Of a stretch of 64,000 nt of DNA, positions 9,567 through 17,732 are shown piece after piece. The notes under the pieces are model-generated. The model was not told the origin of the DNA. It did no database searches and saw nothing but the letters and a program-made list of their open reading frames with translations. The position numbers and the translations under genes are program-made. Each line of letters starts with the position of its first letter. Within the stretch, counting starts at the first letter, position 1. This DNA is from a virus: positions 32,001 through 96,000 of the IMG/VR virus record IMGVR_UViG_3300049043_000070; one strand, given 5' to 3'.

Positions 9567-9770
9567 ATGCTTCCTTCCTACAACGCTCTCCAGTTCAGTT
9601 CCAAAGAAGAGCACCTTGCTGCTCTCTATGATGCCTGCCTGCTCATCGTGAATACCTACAACGGTTCTGATGTGCTTGATGGTGTTGATATGGGACTCTA
9701 CACTCCGTTTCAATTCATGAAATCTGCCCGTAACGTTATCAACCAGATTGCTGAAGGTAACATCGTATGA
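9567..9770 (+). CDS. hypothetical protein
   Basis: 67-aa ORF after P5. Confidence 0.65.
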   Translation: MLPSYNALQFSSKEEHLAALYDACLLIVNTYNGSDVLDGVDMGLYTPFQFMKSARNVINQIAEGNIV

Positions 9771-10000
9771 GGAAAGTAATTGTAAAACCGAAGAGTAGCA
9801 AGGCGAAGAACCGTCTTGCTAACACCATGGATGGTAACCCTGTCTGTGTTGTAGAGCAAGATACTGGTGGTGAGTTGTTCCTTGCTGCTGAAAATCGCAA
9901 ATACTTCTTCTGGGTCAGCACACGGACTGGTAGCAATCGCTTCGGTGACAAAGCTGACAAAGATTGGGAAGTTATCACTGAAATCAACGCAATCCAATGA
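9767..10000 (+). CDS. hypothetical protein
   Basis: VKPKSSKAKNRLANTMDGNPVCVVEQ... Confidence 0.7.
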   Translation: MRKVIVKPKSSKAKNRLANTMDGNPVCVVEQDTGGELFLAAENRKYFFWVSTRTGSNRFGDKADKDWEVITEINAIQ

Positions 10001-10163
10001 CTGACCAACATACTCTCAACGTCAAAATCGCTGACACTCTAGAGAAGATCCAACCTATCAATCCAGAACTATACGGTTTGTTGTATAGTAGATTGTATCC
10101 TCCTCATGGAGATATCAAACACTGGAACATGGAAACTCTCAATCTCTTGAATACTATACTGAA

Positions 10164-10379
10164 ATGACCTTGATTGACACATTAGAATACTTCATAGATG
10201 ACACTAGAGCACGGCTATCTGATGTAGAATGGGAGATCCGTGAAGAAACAAACTTCATGGATGATGGACACATGGAGCGCATGGAAGATTTCTGTGAGCA
10301 GTATGATGAAATTCAAACACGGCTACAAGATCTAGAAAAGATCAAATCTATTATTCAAATCATGGAGATTGATGAATGA
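10164..10379 (+). CDS. acidic coiled-coil hypothetical protein
   Basis: 71-aa ORF. Confidence 0.6.
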   Translation: MTLIDTLEYFIDDTRARLSDVEWEIREETNFMDDGHMERMEDFCEQYDEIQTRLQDLEKIKSIIQIMEIDE

Positions 10380-10792
10380 ACTACGAAACTAAACCTGATC
10401 ACACTGTTCGTAACGCTGGTATTATTGGCGTATCCTTTATTCTGACGCTGTTTATCATCAACGCTGTTGCTGGTCCGCTGTATAATGTGTGGGCACAATC
10501 GCTACAAGGTAAAGCAGAACTTCAGAAAGCAGAATACACACGTCAAGTTGCTGTGTTGGAAGCACAAGCAAAGAAAGATAGCGCACAACAGTTAGCTGAT
10601 GCTGAGGTTATCCGTGCTCAAGGTGTTGCGAAAGCAAACCAGATCATCGGTAACTCACTGAAAGATAACCGTGAGTATCTTCAGTACCTGTATATCACTG
10701 GACTGGAAGAAGGATCTAACAAAGGTAACGTGACGATCTATGTGCCTACCGAGGGTGGTATGCCTGTCCCGACTTTACAGATGAACAAGTGA
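10376..10792 (+). CDS. membrane-anchored protein resembling the SPFH/band-7 (prohibitin) C-terminal coiled coil
   Basis: N-terminal TM helix, A/E/Q-rich coil (AEVIRAQGVAKANQIIGNSL), YLQYLYI, TIYVPTEGGMPV. Confidence 0.6.
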   Translation: MNYETKPDHTVRNAGIIGVSFILTLFIINAVAGPLYNVWAQSLQGKAELQKAEYTRQVAVLEAQAKKDSAQQLADAEVIRAQGVAKANQIIGNSLKDNREYLQYLYITGLEEGSNKGNVTIYVPTEGGMPVPTLQMNK

Positions 10793-10846
10793 CACTTTGA
10801 GAACTGGCACAGGGCACCTTCACGGGTGCCCTTTTTACTCTATAAT
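10789..10846 (+). promoter_or_regulatory. palindrome/-10 cassette P6 with embedded terminator
   Basis: GTGACACT-TTGAGA-ACTGGCAC, 30 nt, TATAAT. Confidence 0.85.
10811..10836 (+). terminator. intrinsic terminator inside P6
   Basis: AGGGCACC-TTCACG-GGTGCCCT followed by TTTT. Confidence 0.75.
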
Positions 10847-10867
10847 AACTACATCAACGAAACAACC

Positions 10868-11070
10868 ATGTCTAACAACTCCACGACTGTCCGCTCTGGT
10901 ATGGGTTTCTCTGGATGGTCACTATTCTGTTTATTGGTCTGAAACTGACTGGTTTTATTAGCTGGTCCTGGTGGTGGGTTCTGTCTCCTCTGTGGATCAG
11001 TGCTCTGTTTGTTCTTTCTATTCTTGCTCTCATTCTTCTTCTCACCATTATTACTGAGTTCTGGAAATGA
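10868..11070 (+). CDS. small two-TM membrane protein (one indel)
   Basis: GMGFSGWLTILFIGLKLTGFISWSWWWVLSPLWIS after restoring one base; motif typical of small phage membrane proteins. Confidence 0.65.
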
Positions 11071-11236
11071 ACTACCTATGCCTTGTTGATGGACTTTTAG
11101 AATACATGAGCACTTCTGAAAGTCACTTTGCTCACTATCAGTTAATGTATGCCGAAGAACACCGTGATGCTGATGTTCAGTATCTCACTCTGACTGATGA
11201 AGAGTATGATGAAATGTTCCCTTATGAGGAAGAAGA

Positions 11237-12079
11237 ATGAAAGCTAAAACTCGTGTCATCTTAGAGATGGCGATTGAAGAAGGTGTGCGTCGTGGTTATT
11301 CTCGGGCACACAAACATGTTGAAAATCCTACTGAGGGTGCTATCATTGAATCCATTGAGGAGCATGTAATGTCTGCTATCTACGAATACTTTACCTTTGA
11401 TGAGGAAGATTACCAATGACTTACGACGAACTCTACGACCACATCGTAAACTATGTTGCGATGCCACATACTACTATCACAGAGCATGACAAACGCCGTG
11501 CTTGTCTTATTCTTGGAGCATTTGTTGAGTTTATCCTTGACTGTGCTGATCAAGGTATAGATCCTCGCACACTTGATCTGACTGATTATGCCGAGGGTAA
11601 AGTGAATGATTTAGTTGCTGAGATGGAGGAAATCAAATGAGGTTCCGTAACATAGAGTTCCGTTGGAGCAAATGTAACAACAAATATGAACTTGTCAAGT
11701 GGTTTCAACGAAATGGTTCTGTAGAAGAGAGTTGTTATGTGATTGCTTTCTTTGATAAAGACACAGAATGCTACAATATGAGAACCGTAGGGGATAGGTT
11801 CTTTGAGGATAAAGATGCATTTGTAGTTGCCAAGTATGGACTTGAGTTTCTAAATGCCATCTATTATATTGAGAAACAGGAAGAGGAACTGGAATGACTG
11901 ATATGAAAGAAAAAGCAAGAAAAGTATTCTCTCATTATTATTATGACCCACAACACGACCCTAACTTACATCTTGCTGCTACTCTCCGTGAGGTGATTAA
12001 CCAACTCCAACAAAGCCCTGGTGTGATTATGTGTTATGATTTATTGAAACTATGTGAGGAGATTGAGAACCTTGAATGA
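11237..12079 (+). CDS. run of four translationally coupled hypothetical ORFs (11237-11419, 11416-11640, 11637-11897, 11894-12079)
   Basis: ATGA overlaps between consecutive ORFs; last stop lies in the left arm of P7. Confidence 0.65.
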
Positions 12080-12134
12080 CACTTAAAGAACTGGCACAGG
12101 GCATCTTCACAGGTGCCCTTTGATGCCCTATAAT
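12076..12134 (+). promoter_or_regulatory. palindrome/-10 cassette P7 with embedded hairpin
   Basis: ATGACACT-TAAAGA-ACTGGCAC, 31 nt, TATAAT; hairpin AGGGCATC/GGTGCCCT at 12098-12119. Confidence 0.85.
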
Positions 12135-12157
12135 ACTCTCATACACAACAGAAACCG

Positions 12158-13362
12158 ATGGACTACGAAACTTACATCGACATCCACCAGTATTCCACTG
12201 ATGATAGATTTTATTACAAACTCAAAGTCACAGATGTAATGAATATGGATTACTACTATGAGGGTAGTGCCAAAACTCTTGATGATGTTATGGATTGTAT
12301 CAAACTTCATCTCAAACAACACCACATCTAAAATGACTACTCTCTTTGAAAAAACTATTCCTAAAATGTCTTGGGATACTCAATATCCCGAAGCACACGC
12401 AAAGGAATACTTTCCTTACAACAACTCTGAAGCAGAAGACATTATTTCTGCTATTTCAGAAGATAGTGGTGAAACCATCTGTGGTCGTTCGTTGATTATG
12501 CTTCTTCACCAAATGAATGAACGCATTTATGAACTTGAAAGTGAAATTCGTCAATTGAAAGGTGAATGAAATGACTAAAACAGAAAGAAAGGTAATGGAA
12601 GCATTTTGGAACTCTCATCAACAAGATAGATTTTATTGGCATCGTGATGGTGTTGCTGCTGCTCTCCGTGAAATGGCAAAACAACTTCAAAAATATGGTA
12701 CAATTGATGTGATTGAACTTGAACAACTGTGTAAGGAATTGGAGGTCTATGACTGAACGAGTAAAATTTGTATCAATCTCCCGCACAATTAGTGATGCTT
12801 CTGGTATTCATTACTTGGATGCGATTGATGAAAATGGGCAACACTGGACGGGACAAATGGAAACAGGTGTAGAAAAATGGATCACCTGGAAAGAAATGTG
12901 GAAGAAAAACACTCAACAACCTTATGACTTATGAATAACGATTGGAAACCATTTGGGATCAACGAAGGGCAAGGTTCCAATACAGTATCTTCATATTCCA
13001 CTTGGGATTATATGAGAATTGAACAACCAAAACGCATTTGTCGTTGTGATTTGTTTGGACAGGGACAAATGGTAATCAGTTTTTATGATGCTCAATCTAA
13101 CCTGTTCCCAATCGTTGGATTAGATTTTGGACACGAGTATTCTTCAATAGTAAATGGAACTTTGAAAATGAATAGAAAACTCTGGGATATTATACGGGAT
13201 GATTTGGGGTATAGTATTGACTGTACCGATGAGATTGTAGATGCCGTTGAGAAATGGTTGCCAAAACCACAATCTGCTGCTGGTTCTCAAAATGTTTATG
13301 TAGAGTGTACTGTTGAAGGTTTCAACGATTGTGTGCGTGAAATGAAGGGTATGTTACGATGA
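12158..13362 (+). CDS. run of hypothetical ORFs (12158-~12331, 12333-12569, 12562-12756, 12749-12934, 12931-13362)
   Basis: tightly packed + strand ORFs downstream of P7. Confidence 0.6.
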
Positions 13363-13504
13363 CTGACGAACAAATTGAAATTCTACGATCACTAATCAAA
13401 GCAGAAGTAGAGCTGGGACTACAAAATGAAAATGGATATATGTGGGCATTTGAACAAGAGAAATCAAATGACCAGGCATGGGAAACATTCAAGGAGACAT
13501 TCAA

Positions 13505-13930
13505 ATGACTGAACCACTACACGCAAAAGTAACAGACGAAGACTTCCAAAAGATTGTTGAGGCATTTGATAATCCTCAACCATATCCAGAGGAAATGTTG
13601 GATGCTGCACGCACAGCAAACAAAGAACGTGAAAAGGAAGAATGGGAACGCAAAGTGAGAAGTGATCGTATTCTTCAACGATACAACACTTACCATAATC
13701 TTGAAACTTCTGGACTTCCTCACGGCACACCAATCACACCAGAACAGCAACAAATGATTGCGTTTCGTTCTATGATTGATGCCTTTAAGTGTGACCATCT
13801 CAATCAAGAATACACTCATATTGCGATTGATGATATTGAGGATTTGATTGAGGGACTTTATCAACAATCTATTGCTTTCTTGGACAGAGTTAAAAAACTT
13901 AAAAAATCAAGGTATAATACTAATGACTGA
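13505..13930 (+). CDS. hypothetical protein with a DUF1778/TacA-like N-terminal motif
   Basis: KVTDEDFQKIVEAFDNPQPYPEEMLDAAR. Confidence 0.6.
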   Translation: MTEPLHAKVTDEDFQKIVEAFDNPQPYPEEMLDAARTANKEREKEEWERKVRSDRILQRYNTYHNLETSGLPHGTPITPEQQQMIAFRSMIDAFKCDHLNQEYTHIAIDDIEDLIEGLYQQSIAFLDRVKKLKKSRYNTND

Positions 13931-14419
13931 ACCATTTTATCGTTTCTTTGTTGTAGATTATTGTGCCACTGGTGAAGGTAGATCTATTTGGTTGAGAATT
14001 TGTCGTTACTATGAACCTTACGATGGTAGGGATCGTGAAAAAGAACGGTGGGAAAAGTTTGTTGGTCATGAATACTATCTTCAGTGTTCAGAAGAACCAA
14101 CAGAAGAAGAATTCTTCAAAAAATATGACAATCTCATTCCAGAACGTGTTAGAATGATGGTTGAGAAGCGTGACCAACCAATCTTTACCTGGGAAACACA
14201 TTACCATTTTAATTACTCATGAACGACAAAACACTCTACAATCCAGATGAATTTCTGCTGGATAATATCAAGAGCTATCACTATGAGGTGATGGATGAAG
14301 GGCATCATGTGTGGATGGCATTCTATCTTGAGAATGGTAACACAGGGCACTTGAATATTTTCCTGAATGCTGGTAGAATACAGACACGATATGAGGAATG
14401 GGATGAAACGCTGGATTGA
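13923..14419 (+). CDS. two hypothetical ORFs (13923-14222, 14219-14419)
   Basis: YRFFVVDYCATGEGRSIW...; ATGA overlap. Confidence 0.6.
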
Positions 14420-14735
14420 AGATTCACTCTGGGCAATCAGAAATTGTTTCTCATTTAGGTTTATACATTATGATGATAACATTGATCGGTTAGCATTCTT
14501 TGAAGAAATCAATTGTGGTTGGTATCAAATGTATATCTACCCCTATGATGATCTCTATGTACCAATCATATCAGAAGAAAGAAGATTACGGTTAGATCAG
14601 CATCCCATCACATTCTATGTGACACAAGAAGAATTTTATGATATGATGGATATGATTGAAAATCCACAACCAATCTCATCACAACTCAAACAACTGTTAG
14701 AAAGACAACCACCATGGGATACAAATCATGACTAG
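14403..14735 (+). CDS. hypothetical protein with a DUF1778/TacA-like C-terminal motif
   Basis: ITFYVTQEEFYDMMDMIENPQPISSQLKQLLERQPPWD. Confidence 0.6.
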   Translation: MKRWIEDSLWAIRNCFSFRFIHYDDNIDRLAFFEEINCGWYQMYIYPYDDLYVPIISEERRLRLDQHPITFYVTQEEFYDMMDMIENPQPISSQLKQLLERQPPWDTNHD

Positions 14736-14977
14736 AGCACAACAAACAAAAGAAGAATTACTCTACCCAACACCATCAATTAATCCAGATGCTGATCTAA
14801 GTTTTCCCAGAAATTGCTCAAACAAATAATCTCAACAATTTCTCTCATCATGTTAGCTATCTCGCCAATCTTGTTATTGGTGGTAAGATTAAACCAGATG
14901 AAGCATATAAAGAGATTAAGAAACTGTATAAAGCATTAAAGCATTCACATAAGTCACTTAATGGTTCATGGTTCTGA
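14728..14977 (+). CDS. small helical protein resembling a cyanobacterial conserved hypothetical family (one indel)
   Basis: LLYP...NNLNNFSHHVSYLANLVIGGKIKPDEAYKEIKKLYKALKHS. Confidence 0.55.
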
Positions 14978-15361
14978 TATGACACTTAGAGCACAACAAT
15001 TCATGGATGAAGTCTGGCATGAACGTAATACATGGGCAGATACAGAAACTAAACTTGTTGCCGCTATCATTCGTAAACTCCTTACCTCATGCTAAAACAT
15101 ACACAGCATCAACACTCAATAACCTAGAAGTGATTGATAAGAATGATCTCATTACTCTATCAGTAGAACTAGAAAAGTTATGATCACATTCTCACAAACA
15201 TGTCATCAACCATACGATAGACATAAGTACAAACTGTTTCTCACTAATGGTAAGGTAGAACAGTATGAACATTATGAAGATGTACAAGTACGATGGTTTC
15301 AAACACCAAAACAATTTCTTCTCACATTGAAGTGATAGATAGAAAGAAAAAGAAATGACTA

Positions 15362-15532
15362 ATGATTGATGAGAATACACCTTACAAACTAGCAGAAATC
15401 ATACGAAATACATGGCCTCAGTTGTTTCGTCATAAGAAGGTTGTTAATGATAATCAACAAGATGTTACGCACTGCTCCGCACCAGTGATACCAAGGGTTC
15501 TCAATAATAAAGACCTTATTGATAATCATTAG
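15362..15532 (+). CDS. small hypothetical protein (56 aa)
   Basis: MIDENTPYKLAEIIRNTWPQLFR...; its 3' half overlaps an inverted-repeat structure. Confidence 0.5.
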   Translation: MIDENTPYKLAEIIRNTWPQLFRHKKVVNDNQQDVTHCSAPVIPRVLNNKDLIDNH

Positions 15533-15591
15533 TAAGAAATAGTTAAAAAAATATGGTATATGTGAGCGAATGAAGATATTAGAGAGATATT

Positions 15592-15640
15592 GTGCGGTGG
15601 AGAGAGTTAAGGTGCGGTAGTGACTAGTAAGGTGCGGTGG
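15592..15640 (+). repeat. three GTGCGGT(G/A)G direct repeats with an exact 20-bp period
   Basis: copies at 15592, 15612 and 15632; inverted CCGCAC at 15477-15482. Confidence 0.75.
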
Positions 15641-15684
15641 AGATGTTGGCTTAGCGTGCTTGCTACCGAAAGTCAACTGAGTGT

Positions 15685-15742
15685 GTGCCAGATCTCAAAG
15701 TGTCACATAGACCCTCAGAGACCCTCCCAGATGCCCTATACT
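15685..15742 (+). promoter_or_regulatory. palindrome/-10 cassette P8
   Basis: GTGCCAGA-TCTCAA-AGTGTCAC, 30 nt, TATACT. Confidence 0.8.
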
Positions 15743-15768
15743 ACCTAGGTAATCAAAAGACATCCCAG

Positions 15769-15942
15769 ATGCTCACTAAGATCCAGACCATTGAGACTGA
15801 CCTCTCCCCTCAAGAGAAGATTGCCCTAGATGATCTGAAAGTTTGTGAGGCGTTCATGGAAGCACGTAAAGCAGGTGACAAGCAGACTGCCCTTCAGTAT
15901 GCTAAAGTGATGATGCTGAAAGCTTTCAACACTGGTTTCTGA
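15769..15942 (+). CDS. small hypothetical protein
   Basis: MLTKIQTIETDLSPQEKIAL... after P8. Confidence 0.6.
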   Translation: MLTKIQTIETDLSPQEKIALDDLKVCEAFMEARKAGDKQTALQYAKVMMLKAFNTGF

Positions 15943-15944
15943 AG

Positions 15945-16095
15945 TTTTCCACAACCTGTGGAAACTGTGGAAACTGTGGAAAACTCAAAATCTTAAAAAT
16001 CTCATTTTTTTGATTTTTTGAGTTTTTTAGAAATCTTAGAATTTAACTTTTTTAGTTTTTTAAGATTTTTCATTTTTTTACCAATTAAACTTTAA
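15945..16095. other. four DnaA-box-like 9-mers followed by a phased T/A-tract AT-rich segment
   Basis: TTTTCCACA at 15945-15953 (+); TGTGGAAAC at 15957 and 15966; TGTGGAAAA at 15975-15983 (perfect on - strand); then T-tracts about every 10 bp. Confidence 0.6.
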
Positions 16096-16109
16096 AGATT
16101 AACACACAC

Positions 16110-16358
16110 ATGACGAAATCATTTCAAAAGCTTAATAGTTCTGCTATTAATAGTGTAGAAGTAGATGAAAATGTAGTTAAAGTAGTGTATAATAGTAACT
16201 TAGATAAAGAATATACATTTAACTGTGAAAATGTAGAAGAATTTGTAGAGAATTTGAGTAAAGAACTTGTAGATATTGAACTAGACAACAATAAAGGATC
16301 TGTTGGTCGTTTTATTAACCAACAGATCAAATCTGGTGTTCTAGTTCAATCTAAATAA
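16110..16358 (+). CDS. KTSC-domain-like protein
   Basis: NSSAINSVEV...VKVVY...EYTF...GSVGRFINQQIK resembles the KTSC pattern SS-x-I...Y-x-Y...S-x-G-x-F-x-N-x-x-IK. Confidence 0.5.
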   Translation: MTKSFQKLNSSAINSVEVDENVVKVVYNSNLDKEYTFNCENVEEFVENLSKELVDIELDNNKGSVGRFINQQIKSGVLVQSK

Positions 16359-16392
16359 TCACACACAATTTGAGTAACTAAGACCAGAAACA

Positions 16393-16554
16393 ATGACCAA
16401 ACAAAACTATCGCTACAACAACAACGATAAGTTTAAACAATTTGATGAAGATTTTGAAGACTATGGATACGATGTAAAGAATATTCGTAGGCAGACTAAA
16501 AAGAAAGTTACCAAATTTAAGCGTGAAGTAGATGAATGGTATGACAGTTATTGA
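16393..16554 (+). CDS. small hypothetical protein
   Basis: MTKQNYRYNNNDKFKQFDEDFEDYGYD...; stop lies in the P9 spacer. Confidence 0.55.
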   Translation: MTKQNYRYNNNDKFKQFDEDFEDYGYDVKNIRRQTKKKVTKFKREVDEWYDSY

Positions 16555-16598
16555 AGTGGCACAGTAGTCTCCCAATTGCCCCTGATCTGACCCATACT
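16541..16598 (+). promoter_or_regulatory. palindrome/-10 cassette P9
   Basis: ATGACAGT-TATTGA-AGTGGCAC, 30 nt, CATACT. Confidence 0.75.
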
Positions 16599-16623
16599 AC
16601 CTAAGTCAACCGCAATTCAACCA

Positions 16624-16953
16624 ATGCGAGTTATCGAACGCAAGATGAACGCTGCCATTCACGCTGGCAAAGATTTCAAACTTGATAACACTCAAGTGGT
16701 TTCGTACACTAACAGCTCTGATGTGTACCTGCATGGTAATCTGATTGCTCGTGTGGGTGAGACTTGGGTGGAGATCTTTGATGGTGGTTGGCAATCTAAC
16801 ACCACCAAATCTCGCCTGAATGCTATTCTGCGTGAGCATGGTTGCCCTGGTGATTGTGTCTTCCAGAAGAACTATACGTGGTTTGTGACTTTCACAGATT
16901 GTAAAAATCAGAAAGTTACTGTTCCTTTCTTTTCTGGTATGCGTTTGAATTAG
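16624..16953 (+). CDS. hypothetical phage early protein
   Basis: MRVIERKMNAAI...VYLHGNLIA...DGGWQSNTTKSRLNAIL. Confidence 0.75.
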   Translation: MRVIERKMNAAIHAGKDFKLDNTQVVSYTNSSDVYLHGNLIARVGETWVEIFDGGWQSNTTKSRLNAILREHGCPGDCVFQKNYTWFVTFTDCKNQKVTVPFFSGMRLN

Positions 16954-16962
16954 TGAAATTTC

Positions 16963-17047
16963 AAAATATCGGAAATCTCAATATTTTCATTTTATTGGGA
17001 TTTCCGATATTTTTATAAATTATAAATTATAACTTATAACTTATAAT
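16963..17047. repeat. 21-bp-arm inverted repeat followed by five 7-nt TTATAA(A/C/T) tandem repeats
   Basis: AAAATATCGGAAATCTCAATA (16963-16983), 9-nt loop, TATTGGGATTTCCGATATTTT (16993-17013), one mismatch; tandem repeats at 17013-17047. Confidence 0.85.
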
Positions 17048-17100
17048 AGGTTATATGTTATAATATACTATTAACATATTAATACTCAAAGAGGTTTATT

Positions 17101-17232
17101 ATGACTATTCAAGAGATGTATCAAGAGATGAAAGAACAAACTCTAGAAGATATCTTGAATGGATATAGTGATCTAGATATCTACGATGATAACTATACTA
17201 TCGTAGATATTGATTATACTACTCAAGAATAA
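17101..17232 (+). CDS. small acidic low-complexity protein (43 aa)
   Basis: MTIQEMYQEMKEQTLEDILNGYSDLDIYDDNY...; AGAGG upstream. Confidence 0.4.
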   Translation: MTIQEMYQEMKEQTLEDILNGYSDLDIYDDNYTIVDIDYTTQE

Positions 17233-17253
17233 TCAATATTGTCAAGCTATATT

Positions 17254-17311
17254 GTGCCAGTTTCTGAACTGTCCACTATCACTTGAAACTGGCACAGTTT
17301 GCTGCCATACT
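17254..17311 (+). promoter_or_regulatory. palindrome/-10 cassette P10
   Basis: GTGCCAGT-TTCTGA-ACTGTCCA, 30 nt, CATACT; TTGAAA at the -35 position (17283-17288). Confidence 0.8.
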
Positions 17312-17332
17312 AACAACATCAACACAAATCCG

Positions 17333-17566
17333 ATGAACCTGAAGATCACTCACATCGTCTTTGATTGTACCTGTGACGATGAAGATTGGACCGATTATGA
17401 TGCTATTGAAACTGCCGACATGTTGGCATCTCGTTATGTAGAAACTGTGTGGGCAGTTGATAACGAAGATGATCTCGTTGAGTTTGTATCATCTAAGTCG
17501 GGATGGTGTATCAATGAGATAGATTATGTGCCAGTAAATGAAGTGGCACAGTATCCTACCAAATGA
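17333..17566 (+). CDS. acidic hypothetical protein; C-terminus VPVNEVAQ encoded by P11
   Basis: MNLKITHIVFDCTCDDEDW... Confidence 0.65.
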   Translation: MNLKITHIVFDCTCDDEDWTDYDAIETADMLASRYVETVWAVDNEDDLVEFVSSKSGWCINEIDYVPVNEVAQYPTK

Positions 17567-17585
17567 CCCTTAGGGGTGCCATACT
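17528..17585 (+). promoter_or_regulatory. palindrome/-10 cassette P11
   Basis: GTGCCAGT-AAATGA-AGTGGCAC, 30 nt, CATACT. Confidence 0.85.
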
Positions 17586-17606
17586 TAACAAGTCAACACA
17601 AAACAC

Positions 17607-17732
17607 ATGCCTGACACTTACAATTTCACTGGCGATGGTGTTACTTTCCTTGGTTTGGTTGGTGTTATCTCCACCGCCATTATCATCGTAACTGCCTTCA
17701 CTCGTTACTACAATTCTCCCCTTCGGAAATGA
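17607..17732 (+). CDS. small single-TM protein (41 aa)
   Basis: MPDTYNFTGDGVTFLGLVGVISTAIIIVTAFTRYYNSPLRK. Confidence 0.6.
   Translation: MPDTYNFTGDGVTFLGLVGVISTAIIIVTAFTRYYNSPLRK

Noticed and set aside
15592-15640. GTGCGGT repeats as a mini-CRISPR
   Set aside because: Repeats and spacers are only about 10 nt each.
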